From positions 4,374 to 68,373 of the forward strand of contig CAMWKZ010000011.1 of assembly GCA_947174945.1 (NCBI GenBank): DNA of 64,000 nucleotides, given 5' to 3'. Shown in pieces: positions 46,658-57,662 of this stretch. The translations under genes and the position numbers were made by a program. Each line of letters starts with the position of its first letter. The first letter of the stretch is position 1. A model generated the notes under the pieces. The model saw only the letters and a program-made list of their open reading frames with translations, searched no databases and was not told where the DNA came from. This DNA is from an uncultured Prevotellaceae bacterium (lineage in GTDB: Bacteria > Bacteroidota > Bacteroidia > Bacteroidales > Bacteroidaceae).

Positions 46658-48481
46658 TTACTTGAAAGGCAGGTACCAGTTCTTCTCATCATCCAGTGCC
46701 ACGGCAGGCTTCTTATAAGCCAGCTTCTTGGCCAGCCACTGCCCACCGAAGTTAGCATTGTAGGGATTGTCAGCGTTCTTGTGACGAGCCAGACGACAGA
46801 GGTCGTAGAAACGGCTGCCCTCGAAGGCAAACTCCAGTGCATATTCGTCGCAGAGCAGGTCTTCCATCGCATTGACGCTATCTGCCAGCGTGGTGCCAAC
46901 ACTGACGTTGTACTGCTCGGCAATCTCCTTCATCTTCTTGCCGATGACTTTCTCAGGCTGATAGTCGGTTAGTCCCGGCACGTAGCCTTTGTAGTAGTCA
47001 CGGACAAGTCCGGCACCGTGCATGTGAATGCCGTAGAGGGCATATTCTGATTCAAACTTCGAGCTGTTGGCCAACAACGGATAGGTGCTCTGCAAAGCCA
47101 GCTTGGTTTCAGGCTTCACGTAGATGGCGCCACCGTCGGCTCTGACGATATTCTCGTTGATACCATCCTTCAGAATGGCGAAGGCTGCGTCGTACATACC
47201 CAGACGGTTGAAGGCTTCAGCCAAGTGCATCAGCACGGTGGTGACACGGTAGAGATAGACGTTGGCGTAGCGGTTCTTGTTAATCCATACATAGGTAGAG
47301 TCAGAATAGGTTCTGCTGTACATAGAGCCATTGTAACGCTGGTCGCCAAGTTTGGCTGAGCGGATGACGGTCTGGTTCTCGTCGCTGGCTTTTGACAGGT
47401 AGTAGTATTCTACCGAGTCAGACAAGGCACGGTATTGCTCGCTGGCCTTGATTTGAATATCTTCTATATATCCTTCGCTGTCGGAATAGAAGTCGTAGCC
47501 ATAAGCCAGAGGGATAAGCGTGGTAGCGCCATCGCGGCTGTTTCCAGCCATAGGAATGAACGATATGACATCGTTGCTGGGCACGCGGGAGAACATAGAG
47601 TTCCAAGGGAGGGCTGCCTGTGAGTAAGACTCCATGTTCCAGTCGGAGGGCAACTCGGACATTACTATGAACGACGTGTTGCCATGCTGGCGTGTCGTGT
47701 ACGGCTGCATATATCCCGATGTATTGCCGCCCGAGGGTGCCACCTCTGTCAGGTAGGTAATATAGTGGCGGGCTGCCTGGTCATACTGCTGCGACTCCAG
47801 ATAGAGGTCGCCCAGCACGATGTCAACGGGGATAAACAGGCGGCTGGTCTCAATGTTGAGGCCGAAGATTTCATTGGGCTTTCCGCCATAGTCAGGAACG
47901 CTGTAGCCTGTGTACTGCTCCAAGTCGGGAGCCAGTCGGTCGCAGATGCCCTTCATATCAAGCTGGTCGAACTTGCCATTGTCAATCTGTGAGATTTCCG
48001 TCAATGGTTCCGTATAGAACGGCACTGTGCCATAGACACGGGCCAGCTGCATATAGGTCCAAGCACGGATGGCCTTGATGGCAACATACTCTTTCATGGC
48101 AACATAGGTGTCGCCAGTGCGGAGCGAGGTGTCACGATGGGCAATGTAGTAGTTACAGTTGTTGATAACACGGTAGTACACATAGGCCGAGTCGTACTTG
48201 TTGGCTGTGGTAGCCGTGAAGTTGGCCAGCTGTCGCAGGTTGTTGTCGGTGTACTCAGTGGTTTGTACCAAGTCGCCGCGCATCTCACCTTGAAAAGCAT
48301 ATTGGTCGGCCAGCTGCTGCATGGCTTGCAGCACTCCTAAGGCATAATAGACAGAGTCGGTCTTCTCGTTCAACTGCGGGTTGAACACCTGACGCGTGCT
48401 GTCGGTCTCCAACATATCGGAGCAGGAATATGAACCGAAGAGGATGCTTATTACACTGATGATAATTGCTATCTTTTTCAT
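46658..48481 (-). CDS. SusD/RagB-family lipoprotein
   Basis: Lipobox YSC-SD, YRVINNCN, RAWTYMQLARVYGTVPF, EYALEFAFEGSRFYDLCR. Confidence 0.93.
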   Translation of the reverse strand: MKKIAIIISVISILFGSYSCSDMLETDSTRQVFNPQLNEKTDSVYYALGVLQAMQQLADQYAFQGEMRGDLVQTTEYTDNNLRQLANFTATTANKYDSAYVYYRVINNCNYYIAHRDTSLRTGDTYVAMKEYVAIKAIRAWTYMQLARVYGTVPFYTEPLTEISQIDNGKFDQLDMKGICDRLAPDLEQYTGYSVPDYGGKPNEIFGLNIETSRLFIPVDIVLGDLYLESQQYDQAARHYITYLTEVAPSGGNTSGYMQPYTTRQHGNTSFIVMSELPSDWNMESYSQAALPWNSMFSRVPSNDVISFIPMAGNSRDGATTLIPLAYGYDFYSDSEGYIEDIQIKASEQYRALSDSVEYYYLSKASDENQTVIRSAKLGDQRYNGSMYSRTYSDSTYVWINKNRYANVYLYRVTTVLMHLAEAFNRLGMYDAAFAILKDGINENIVRADGGAIYVKPETKLALQSTYPLLANSSKFESEYALYGIHMHGAGLVRDYYKGYVPGLTDYQPEKVIGKKMKEIAEQYNVSVGTTLADSVNAMEDLLCDEYALEFAFEGSRFYDLCRLARHKNADNPYNANFGGQWLAKKLAYKKPAVALDDEKNWYLPFK

Positions 48482-48504
48482 ATAATCTTCTGTTTTCAGT
48501 TTAA

Positions 48505-51500
48505 TTAGAGGTTAATCTTCACACCAGCAAGGAATGAACGACCATGGGCAAGGCTGCCGTTGTCGATGCCCTGATAAAGGACACCAGAGCCAATGCTGAA
48601 CTCGGGGTCGCAGCCTGTGTACTTAGTGAAGGTGAGCAGATTCTGTGCCTCGGCCCAGATGGTCAGGCCCTGCAGCCATGTCCATGTTCCGGGAACGGGC
48701 ACCTTGTAGCTCAGATTAACAGTCTTGAGGCGCAGGTAGCTGCCGTCCTCAATCCAGCGGTCGCTGAAGCGGTTGTTGCCCAATGGGTCACCGTATGTGG
48801 CACGTGGCAGTTCTGCTTGCTGACCCTCGTAGCGCCAGCGTCCTGTGCTGGATATCTGCTGGTTGTAGAAGGTAGCACCGCTGTTGAGAATAGAGCGCTG
48901 ATAGTTGTAGACATCATTGCCGAGTGAGTAGTTCATGCCAACTGACAGGGTGAGGTGCTTCCAGTTGACCGTGGCAAAGATGTTACCGTAGATATCGGGG
49001 TTGGGGTTGCCGATAATGGTCTTGTCGTTCTCGTCAATCTTGCCATTGCCGTCCATATCCTCGAACCATACGTCACCAGCGTGGAAGAAGTTCTTGAGGC
49101 CTGCGGCATCCTCCATGTATAGGTAGCCCTCGGCATTGTCGTCAGTGACCTTGCCTACGCGGGCATCAGCATCTGTAGAGAAAACGCCCTTAGCCTGATA
49201 GCCGTAGAATACACCTACGGGGCTACCCACAGCGGTCAGGATGTTGTTGTCGCCATAGATAGAAGAGGTGAAATCACCATTGGGCAGACTGGTTACTTCG
49301 TTCTTATAGTGTCCTACCGTGGCACCGATTTCTACGGTCCAGTCCTTCGACACAATGGGCTTGCCGCTGATGGCTGCCTCAAAGCCGATGTTCTTCACAC
49401 CACCGCCGTTGCTCCAGTAGTTGTTGATACCACCAACGGGGTTAGAGAAGGACTTCAGCATGAGCAGGTCGCTTGTCTTGTGGATGTAGTAGTCGAAACT
49501 TACACCGAGGCGGTTGTTAAACAGATAGCTCTGCAACCCAACATTGAACTTCTTGGTGGTCTCCCACTTGATTTTGTCATTACCTACGTTGGCCAGCTGC
49601 ATACCCATAGCATGGTGGAAATACTTAACTGCCGTGAAACTGGTGCGGGCTGCGTAGTTTGAAATGTCATCGTTACCGCTGATGTCAAAGCCTGCATTCA
49701 GACGCAGGTAGTTGATGGTGTTGTTCTTCGGGAACCAGTTCTCGTTGGTCATCACCCAACCAGCCTGAACGCTGGGGAAGATAGCCCACTTGACACCGAA
49801 AAGGCTCAGGCCGTCTGCATTCTTACCGAAGCGGCTGTTTGACTCAGCCGTCAGCGAGAGGGTGGCAAAGTAGCGGTTCATGTAGTTATAGTCTATGTTG
49901 CCGTACCACTGGATGTTCTTCCACTCGTCATTGACACCGTCAACACCGGGGAAACCTGATGTGCTTAGATGGGGGTCTTTATCGGGAACGGTTCCAGCGT
50001 ATTCCGTCTTCAGGTCGCTATTGTCGAAAGAGAAATAGTTGTAACGGCCACCGATGAAGGCATCCACTGTGTGCTTGCCGAGCTGCTTGTTCCAGTCGAG
50101 CTGTACCTTACCCATGAAGTTCTGCTCTTTGGCGAACATTGAGCCTACCAAGGCTGTCACCTTACCCATTTCTGCTATCTGGAAGTCAGGCACACCCTCG
50201 TAGGGACGATAATAGCGCTGGGCATTACGATTCAGCAGGTAGCTGACATCTGCCTTCAGCTTGAAGTCGTTGGCAAAAGAAAATTCAGGAGCCACGTGTA
50301 CCATGAAGTAGGTGTTCTCCGACTTGTTCTTGTTGTCGCCTGTGCCGTTGGCCAGAATGGCTACGGGGTTGGCTAACGACTGGTTCTCCAGTTTGTTATT
50401 CGGAGCATAAGTACAGGCCAGGATGTTATCGTAGTCGCTCAGCAGGCTGGTGAAACCACCAAGGATAGTGCTGTACTGGTAGGGAGCTACCAGTGGCGAC
50501 TTGATAAGGGCAAGAGCCGTGGGTGACGTAACCGTGCTACGTGTGAAGCTGGACGGCATACCGTCGTCGTAGACATAGTTATTGGTGCGCGAAATGGCAA
50601 TGTCAAACTTTGTCTTCAGGTTCCAAAGGATAGAGATGTCGGTGTTGAAGCGCACATTCATACGGTCGAAACCGCTTTCCTTGAGTGTGTTCTTGGCATC
50701 TACATAGCCTACAGAAAGGTTATACATACCCACGTCGTCACCACCTTGCACGTTAATGCTGTAGTTCTGAGTCATGGCATTGCGATAGACTTCGTCTTTC
50801 CAGTCGGTATCGTTATGATACGTGTGGTAGTAGTAGCCCGTAGGGTCGTCGTTCAAGAAGTGGAAGTTCTTGTAGTTGTTAATGTTGGGGATGGTACCCA
50901 GCAACTCAGAAGCATAGGTGCGATACTGTGACGCATTCATCATAGTGGGTTGCGTCGGAATCAGCTGTACGCCTGTGGAGATATTGGCATCAATGCGGGT
51001 GGCCATAGAATGGCCGCGCTTGGTGCTGATGACAATGACACCGTTGGCACCACGGGCACCATACAGGGCGGTAGCGTTCTTCAGAACGGTTACTTTTTCA
51101 ATATCGTCAGGGGCGATGTTAGCCAGAATGTTGTTGAACTGGCCACTATGCAGAGAGTTGCGACCGCGCTGCATATCCAGCTCAATGCCATCAACGATAA
51201 TCAGAGGCTGGGCATCGCTGGTGATGCTGTTCAGACCACGGATAAACATCGAGGCACCGCCGTCAACGGCAGCTGAGTGCAGGATGCTACGCACATCGGC
51301 TCCCAGCTCGTTGGCTATTTCGTTGTCTACCACAACGCCGAAACAGTCAATCTGGGTAGTGCGCTTGGCAGTATAGTCAGTACCTGTGCCATACATGGAA
51401 CGGAACTTGTCGCTCAGCATCTTAATGGTAATCTGCTGACCGTCGTTGCCTGCCTTGACAGCAACCTGCTGTGACAGATACTCAGGAGTATGTACATATA

Positions 51501-51834
51501 AGGCAGTCGTAAAGGTTGGTACTTGAATGGTGAATGAGCCGTTCTCATCGGTCATGGCCGTATAACGCTCATTGGCCAGTGAACGCAACTGGACACCGGC
51601 TAAGGGTTTGCCAGTAGCCTGGTCGGTGACCATACCTTTAACGGACATCATCGGATAAGCCTTCAGCTTGACTTCTGAACGCTTGGGCTTCTTGATAGCA
51701 GAAGCCTCCATGTCCTCTTCATCGTCGTCTGACTGGGCATAGACACCCGTAGAGAGGCCGATGGCAAGTGCGCAGACGGCCGTTCTCAGTACGCCTGTCT
51801 GGCAAAGATGGAATATAGTACGTTTCATATTCAT
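48505..51834 (-). CDS. SusC/RagA TonB-dependent transporter
   Basis: DIEKVTVLKNATALYGARGANGVIVISTKRG, IKWETT, IGNPNPD..G, RWIEDGSYLRLK. Confidence 0.96.
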   Translation of the reverse strand: MNMKRTIFHLCQTGVLRTAVCALAIGLSTGVYAQSDDDEEDMEASAIKKPKRSEVKLKAYPMMSVKGMVTDQATGKPLAGVQLRSLANERYTAMTDENGSFTIQVPTFTTALYVHTPEYLSQQVAVKAGNDGQQITIKMLSDKFRSMYGTGTDYTAKRTTQIDCFGVVVDNEIANELGADVRSILHSAAVDGGASMFIRGLNSITSDAQPLIIVDGIELDMQRGRNSLHSGQFNNILANIAPDDIEKVTVLKNATALYGARGANGVIVISTKRGHSMATRIDANISTGVQLIPTQPTMMNASQYRTYASELLGTIPNINNYKNFHFLNDDPTGYYYHTYHNDTDWKDEVYRNAMTQNYSINVQGGDDVGMYNLSVGYVDAKNTLKESGFDRMNVRFNTDISILWNLKTKFDIAISRTNNYVYDDGMPSSFTRSTVTSPTALALIKSPLVAPYQYSTILGGFTSLLSDYDNILACTYAPNNKLENQSLANPVAILANGTGDNKNKSENTYFMVHVAPEFSFANDFKLKADVSYLLNRNAQRYYRPYEGVPDFQIAEMGKVTALVGSMFAKEQNFMGKVQLDWNKQLGKHTVDAFIGGRYNYFSFDNSDLKTEYAGTVPDKDPHLSTSGFPGVDGVNDEWKNIQWYGNIDYNYMNRYFATLSLTAESNSRFGKNADGLSLFGVKWAIFPSVQAGWVMTNENWFPKNNTINYLRLNAGFDISGNDDISNYAARTSFTAVKYFHHAMGMQLANVGNDKIKWETTKKFNVGLQSYLFNNRLGVSFDYYIHKTSDLLMLKSFSNPVGGINNYWSNGGGVKNIGFEAAISGKPIVSKDWTVEIGATVGHYKNEVTSLPNGDFTSSIYGDNNILTAVGSPVGVFYGYQAKGVFSTDADARVGKVTDDNAEGYLYMEDAAGLKNFFHAGDVWFEDMDGNGKIDENDKTIIGNPNPDIYGNIFATVNWKHLTLSVGMNYSLGNDVYNYQRSILNSGATFYNQQISSTGRWRYEGQQAELPRATYGDPLGNNRFSDRWIEDGSYLRLKTVNLSYKVPVPGTWTWLQGLTIWAEAQNLLTFTKYTGCDPEFSIGSGVLYQGIDNGSLAHGRSFLAGVKINL

Positions 51835-53633
51835 TTCTTGTTTTGTTCTTCAAATTCAACGAGCTCTTTGGGTTTCAGGATGAAACCGGCAATGCGCAAA
51901 TCACTGGTAAACGCCTTTCTGGTATAGGTATTGCTGGCTACACTGGTTATTACCTTGATATTCGGGCAGAATCCCTCTCCTAAGCCATAATAGCAGGCGG
52001 GGAAGGTAAACTCGCCGATGTATAGGGTATCAACCTTTGAAGGGTCGTTGGTAAAGCCCCAAATCATATTGTGGTTGGTGGCATTGTCTCTTACTCGGGG
52101 GAAGTCTTCCATAAACTTCTGACCGTTCTCAGGACGCTCGTCAAGGAACACTTTCTCTTGCAAGTTGCCTGCTGCATCGCAATAGTTCAGCTTGAAGGAT
52201 ACACGGTTGGGCAGTGTCTCAACATCTGCATTCTTCAGACTGGCACTCTGAGGTACGAAGACACAATAGATATCGTAGGTTGTGCTCAGGACATTAGGCA
52301 GGTACAAATCCAACTCGGGAGAGTCGTATTCACTGGCAGGGTTTATCCACAGATAGTTGAATGATGTGGCACCGTCCTCTAATTGTACAACTTCAGGATT
52401 GGGGTCTTCTACGCGTACTACAGACGGATTCTGAAGAACACGGGCTCTCAGGTTGGAAGAGGCAGCAGAGAAAGTGCGCATGGGGGCGTAGGTCTCCCAG
52501 GGGAGCATGGCCAGATTGTCTACAATCATGGCTGTACCATTACTCATCTTTATCTGCTCCTTGGCGGCTGCCAAGATTTCCGTACCATTTGAAAGCTTGG
52601 TGCGCGTTGTAGAGCGCAGTGTGTCGCCAGGATAGATGGACGGCTTGCCTACCAGACGGCTGTTGTAAGCATCATTGTTACTATAGGCCAGATAGCCAGT
52701 CAGGTAAAGCGTAGAAATAGAGTCTTGCCAGTAGGCAGCCTTTGTGGCATCCCAGTTGGTCAAAACGTTGGGATTGGCATCAATGTCGACGGTGTTACCC
52801 TTGATGACAAATGCTTCAGCCTTGACAACGGGGCTGTAGTTGTAGTATGACTTGATGCGTTCCAATGACCTATCCCAAGCATCGTTGGTAGGCATGAGGA
52901 AAGTATAGGAACTGTCTTCAGAAATCATGTTGACATTTAAGACATCCCACAGCTCGTTTTCAGTAACCATAACCGAGTCTACATAGGTCTGCATACCATC
53001 AACAATAGGGCCTACTACTGATTGGTCAACATCCAAATAGGTCTGTTGATAGCGCAGGAAGTAATTGCGCAGTGACTCAAGGTCTTTTCCTTCTGACAGC
53101 GTCTCGTCAGTGATATACTCATAGAGGTGGGGATAGAATTTAGCCTCACCGTTGAGGGTGTGCATCACGCCGTTGCTGCTGGGTTGGTTGGCATCCTTTA
53201 CGTCAACACCGTCAAACTGATAAGCAGCATTGCCGACGAAGTTGTATTGCTTCTGGTTCAGCATAAGAATGCGCTCATTAATATTGCCGCTGGCATTGTG
53301 GCGATAGTCGGCAATATGATTCTTGACAAACAGGCGTAGCAGCTGGTCGTCACTCATTGAGTTGTAGCTGCTGGCGTCATAGGTACCGTTAAGCGGGGCC
53401 CATACTGTGTAATAGTGGGTGGTGTTCAGCTCGTCGGCAAATCCAGCCCGCTCAACCAGTGCCTTGAAGTCGGACAGTTCTGCGTTTTGCTGGATGTTCT
53501 CCCACAAGGTCTGGTTGCCCGCTACCGAAGTGTCAGACACGGCTTTGTTGTAGTCGTCAAATTCGGAGCATGATGCGGCAGTCAGCATCGTGGCTGCCAG
53601 CATCAGGATTCCTACATATTTATTTTTCTTCAT
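51831..53633 (-). CDS. Fasciclin-domain surface lipoprotein (putative glycan-binding protein)
   Basis: Start reassigned to MKKNKYVG..AASC; FAS1 motifs YTVWAPLN, SNGVMHTL and YTFLMPTNDAW. Confidence 0.8.
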   Translation of the reverse strand: MKKNKYVGILMLAATMLTAASCSEFDDYNKAVSDTSVAGNQTLWENIQQNAELSDFKALVERAGFADELNTTHYYTVWAPLNGTYDASSYNSMSDDQLLRLFVKNHIADYRHNASGNINERILMLNQKQYNFVGNAAYQFDGVDVKDANQPSSNGVMHTLNGEAKFYPHLYEYITDETLSEGKDLESLRNYFLRYQQTYLDVDQSVVGPIVDGMQTYVDSVMVTENELWDVLNVNMISEDSSYTFLMPTNDAWDRSLERIKSYYNYSPVVKAEAFVIKGNTVDIDANPNVLTNWDATKAAYWQDSISTLYLTGYLAYSNNDAYNSRLVGKPSIYPGDTLRSTTRTKLSNGTEILAAAKEQIKMSNGTAMIVDNLAMLPWETYAPMRTFSAASSNLRARVLQNPSVVRVEDPNPEVVQLEDGATSFNYLWINPASEYDSPELDLYLPNVLSTTYDIYCVFVPQSASLKNADVETLPNRVSFKLNYCDAAGNLQEKVFLDERPENGQKFMEDFPRVRDNATNHNMIWGFTNDPSKVDTLYIGEFTFPACYYGLGEGFCPNIKVITSVASNTYTRKAFTSDLRIAGFILKPKELVEFEEQNKK

Positions 53634-53670
53634 ACAATTATCAATTTTATTATCAATTTTCAATTGTTGT

Positions 53671-55821
53671 TTAGTACCAGTCCTCTGTGTACTGTTGGTG
53701 GTCGACCACGCTGACTGGAACGATTTCGATGAAGTCGATACCGCACAGCAGGCTGGTGTTCTCATCGAGTGTCTTCAGGCGAAGCCAGTTCTCCTGACCT
53801 TGATTCAGTTGTACGCGACCAATCACATAGCGGATAACCATAGTACCCTTACCTGCTTCAACGCGGCAGTTGTTCTCGGTGCTCCATGAGTTACCATGAC
53901 CGCAGAAACTGTAAGGAGCGCGCATATAGCCACGGTTGTGCATGGCTACGTCGGAGGCTATACCACGGTCGTCAACGGCGGCATTGTCACCCTCAGACTT
54001 TGACCAGCCGATGAGTGGGTCTTCAGGAGCGATACGCTGGTTGACGGGCAGTCCGAATGCCTGCATCGAAGTGATATCGCTGGATGTGCCGATGTAATAC
54101 TGCATGAATGCACCGTAGTCCAGCGGAGCATAGATGACACGCAGCTCATACAGACCACTGGGGACGGACGGCAGGCGGTAAGCCATGTCGATATTGCCCC
54201 AGAACTGTACTTGGTCGGCCTGATAGGCACGCCAGTTACCACGCAGGCAGTAGACAAATGTCATGTCGTTGTTATAGAACTTGATATTGTCACAGAAATC
54301 ATAAGGCACTCCATATCGTGTACCGTCATATTGCGAAGGGATATTACCATCGCCAGAATCCCAATAGCGGACACCTGTGGTAATCAGTTCGGGGAAAAGT
54401 GACGTACAGTTGACACGCATACGCTCATTCAGTACGCCTTTCGGTACCAACTCGTCGTAGACCAACATGCCGTTAATCAGGTTTACATAGCCGTTGAATG
54501 CTTCTAAATAAGCTCCCTTTGAGTTGTCAACCTGAATACCTCGTCTTATCAACTCGTGGTTTGTGCCTTGGGTACCAACCTCGTTGGTCAGCGTGTTGTA
54601 GGTCTGATAGCGGTTGATGAAGATGCTGCGGCTACCAGCAGACACGGGCTGCCAGATTTTCATCATGGTGTGGGGCAGCTTGGTCTCATAGTAGTCGTGT
54701 GGGTCGGCATCGGGCTTGTAGTTACGGTATGCGCTGGTGCTGCTGGTGCTGAAAACAAGGTTCTCTGGCATCATGGAGCATCCCAAGATGTGGTAGGCAA
54801 CAAACATATTCAGTGCATTGAATGTTTGTTTGTAGGCCTCTTCATTCTTATCCGTATTGACGGTTAGCCCATTTTCATTCATATAGTCATACCACTGGGG
54901 AGCATTACCATAAACCTTGTTGGCATAGTCAACCAGTCCATCAAAGTCCTCGGTAAAGCCTTCACGCTTTAAGGCTGCCTTGATAACATCGTCAGTCTCA
55001 GCAAATAAGGTAAATCCTACTTTACATTCCGTGGGGGCAGTAATCTTACTGTTGTAGTTCTCACGGACGCGCTGTACAAAGGTAAACTCTCCTTCTTTCT
55101 TATATTTCTTAAGAGAGTCTGCCCAGCCTGTCACCTCCAGTGCTTGGGCAAAGATTTCAAATCTGCCGTCTCGGTTCAGTATGTCACCGATGAAGCGGGT
55201 GAAGCGAGGGATAACATTGTCTACCACGTGAACAAGACCGTTGATAGTCTCATTGTCGGAATTGACAATTACCGCCTTATTGTTCAGAACGATGCGGCCT
55301 TCATTGTCTATATTGCAAGTGAAGTTATATCCCAGCATGGTCGTTACAGGAACATTCAGTCCCGTCATGGCCACGACATTTTGGTAAGTTGTGGTCAGGT
55401 GGAAACGGGCTATGTTCAGGCACAGACTGTCGCTGAGCCATTTCAGGCGCTCCTCGGGTTCCAGCGTGGAATAAGCGTCATCACCATAGGTGGCACCCTC
55501 TGGCTTGCGCATACCATTGTGGGGGAGAGTAGCCTCGATGTCGTTGTAAAGACTATCGCAATAGGCTATTACACCGTCGTTGGTAGGTGCGTAGCAGGTG
55601 TAGTGTCCGTATGCAGACATCATCTTATCGTAGCCTACCGTCTTGAGGATGTAGTTAAATGCTGTCAGCGTAGAGTCCTTTGCGATAAACGACCCAATGG
55701 TCTCACCTGTAAAAGTATAGAGGTCTGCCTCGTTAGGCTCGGGGTTACAGGATGCCATGACCGCAATACCTGCACCGATGAGGAAAACTCTCCTTGCTAA
55801 TTTCATTAAACAGTTATTCAT
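53671..55821 (-). CDS. Fasciclin-domain surface lipoprotein
   Basis: Lipobox MASC; YTCYAPTND, NGLVHVVDNVI, FTLFAETD, NGYVNLIN. Confidence 0.85.
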   Translation of the reverse strand: MNNCLMKLARRVFLIGAGIAVMASCNPEPNEADLYTFTGETIGSFIAKDSTLTAFNYILKTVGYDKMMSAYGHYTCYAPTNDGVIAYCDSLYNDIEATLPHNGMRKPEGATYGDDAYSTLEPEERLKWLSDSLCLNIARFHLTTTYQNVVAMTGLNVPVTTMLGYNFTCNIDNEGRIVLNNKAVIVNSDNETINGLVHVVDNVIPRFTRFIGDILNRDGRFEIFAQALEVTGWADSLKKYKKEGEFTFVQRVRENYNSKITAPTECKVGFTLFAETDDVIKAALKREGFTEDFDGLVDYANKVYGNAPQWYDYMNENGLTVNTDKNEEAYKQTFNALNMFVAYHILGCSMMPENLVFSTSSTSAYRNYKPDADPHDYYETKLPHTMMKIWQPVSAGSRSIFINRYQTYNTLTNEVGTQGTNHELIRRGIQVDNSKGAYLEAFNGYVNLINGMLVYDELVPKGVLNERMRVNCTSLFPELITTGVRYWDSGDGNIPSQYDGTRYGVPYDFCDNIKFYNNDMTFVYCLRGNWRAYQADQVQFWGNIDMAYRLPSVPSGLYELRVIYAPLDYGAFMQYYIGTSSDITSMQAFGLPVNQRIAPEDPLIGWSKSEGDNAAVDDRGIASDVAMHNRGYMRAPYSFCGHGNSWSTENNCRVEAGKGTMVIRYVIGRVQLNQGQENWLRLKTLDENTSLLCGIDFIEIVPVSVVDHQQYTEDWY

Positions 55822-55841
55822 GTCGTTTGTCCTCCTTTCAT

Positions 55842-57635
55842 TTAATATTGTTTGCTAATATTATCATCGCTGCTATAGCCTGGAGTCTGCTTTAACAAAG
55901 AACTCAGTCTGACTTCACGCAGCGGTATGGGCATATAGAGACGGGGCTCTGTGCCAATCTTGGCAGCCACGGCATCGCCCTTCGAGCCCAGCTTACGCTT
56001 GATAAGGTCCAGCATGGGTTTGTAGGTGGCAGCAAAGGCTACGCCCTTTTCATCTTGTTCGGCCATTGTTGTCGTGTAGTCAACATTGTTCATGTGACGA
56101 TAGCTATAGCGCATGAGGTCGTACCAGCGCTTGCCTTCGAAGGCCAGTTCCCGCAGGCGCTCTGCCATTACCAGTTCCTCCATCTGTGCAACAGAGGTGC
56201 TGTAAGTACCCCATTTTAATACGTCGCCAGCAGCAATCGAAGAAGCGGGCTTCGCACGTTGGTTGACGGCATCTACCAAATCGAATGCCTGACGCATGTG
56301 CTCCAGGTCAAGCACTTCTTCCTCTTGGTCTGTGGCTGCTTTGCTGTTCAGTAGTGCCAAGCCAATCAGTGCCTCAGCCTTCATCAGCATAACGTCGGTC
56401 AGACGATAGATAATGAAATTCTGCTTATAGCTGTTGCTATATACTGTTGACGGCTTGGTCTCAATCTTGCTGTTGAGGTCTCTGATGTTGCTTAACGTAC
56501 TGCATACGAACTTACGGATTTCCAACACGTCGAAACCACCTGTCAGCGAAATCTCCTTGGCATAGGTGTTCATCTTGCCTCGCCAGTCATCAGTGCTGGA
56601 TGAGCGGTAGACAGCGTTAGTCGTTGCTCCGAAGCCAAAGATGTTAGAAGCATAGAGATAAGGCTCGATATTGTTACCCGACTTGTAGGCTCCATAATGC
56701 TTGCAGACACCCATATTGGCATTGGTTGTTGTACCGGCATATTGCAACTCATAGATGCTTTCTTCGGCATTCTGCCAAACAAACAATTCATCGAACATAT
56801 CATAGCCTTCAGCCAAAGGATATTCGTCCTCATTGCTTGGGCCATAGCCATTCACATGCTGGGCTTTCTTCGATGCAATAACCTTGTCGCTATAGAAGAT
56901 AGCCTGCTCATAGTCCTCAGCACTGTGCTTCACGCTGCCACGCCACAGGTAGATGTCAGCCAGCAAGGCATCAATACCGTCACGTGTCATGTAGCCTACC
57001 TTACGCCAGTCAGTAAAGGCCAGAGGAGAAAGCGCATCCTTTTCTGCTGTCTCGAGGTCGCTGATGCACTGAGCCAGCACATAATCTGGTGAGGACTGAG
57101 GCAGGTCAACCACTTGCGTAGCATCCATATAGGCCTCAGTAGTATAAGGTACGTCACGGAAATTGCGTACCAGATAGAAATAGCACAGGGCGCGCAATGC
57201 CAACATCTGTGAACAGTCGGAGCGGTAGTCACCATCTGTGTATGACGGGTCTTCGCTGAGTGCGCGTGAGGCACGGTTCAGGACCAGATTGCATTTGTTG
57301 ATAACACTGTAAAAGTCTGCCCATGTGGCATACGTGTTGTCAGGTTGCGTATTGGCCAAGTTGATTTCGGTTAAATCTTCAGATACCGTTCCAGGAATGG
57401 AGGTTGCAGGTATCAGCTCGTCAGAGCGTAGACCGCCCCAGACAATGAGGCGACTGACAACATTCTCTGTGGTCATGCTGCGGTATGCCTCGTTGACATT
57501 CTGCTGTACTTGGGCTTTGGACTTCCACATGTCTTCATCGACGGTCTTATCATCAGGCAGGATGACGGTGTCTACGCACGACACGGCCAACAGGCTGGTG
57601 ACCATCATGGAAATATATTTTTTCATAATCTTCAT
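55842..57635 (-). CDS. SusD/RagB-family lipoprotein
   Basis: Lipobox AVSC, FYSVINKCN, LRALCYFYLVRNFRDVPY, ERLRELAFEGKRWYDLMR. Confidence 0.95.
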   Translation of the reverse strand: MKIMKKYISMMVTSLLAVSCVDTVILPDDKTVDEDMWKSKAQVQQNVNEAYRSMTTENVVSRLIVWGGLRSDELIPATSIPGTVSEDLTEINLANTQPDNTYATWADFYSVINKCNLVLNRASRALSEDPSYTDGDYRSDCSQMLALRALCYFYLVRNFRDVPYTTEAYMDATQVVDLPQSSPDYVLAQCISDLETAEKDALSPLAFTDWRKVGYMTRDGIDALLADIYLWRGSVKHSAEDYEQAIFYSDKVIASKKAQHVNGYGPSNEDEYPLAEGYDMFDELFVWQNAEESIYELQYAGTTTNANMGVCKHYGAYKSGNNIEPYLYASNIFGFGATTNAVYRSSSTDDWRGKMNTYAKEISLTGGFDVLEIRKFVCSTLSNIRDLNSKIETKPSTVYSNSYKQNFIIYRLTDVMLMKAEALIGLALLNSKAATDQEEEVLDLEHMRQAFDLVDAVNQRAKPASSIAAGDVLKWGTYSTSVAQMEELVMAERLRELAFEGKRWYDLMRYSYRHMNNVDYTTTMAEQDEKGVAFAATYKPMLDLIKRKLGSKGDAVAAKIGTEPRLYMPIPLREVRLSSLLKQTPGYSSDDNISKQY

Positions 57636-57662
57636 CTCTAAATAGTTTAATGTCTTTCTTAA

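Noticed and set aside
51831-53765. ORF-track starts at 53765, 40793 and 22566
   Set aside because: These extensions overlap the upstream gene or a promoter, or use a weak TTG; downstream ATGs (53633, 40856, 22578) give proper signal peptides or N-termini.
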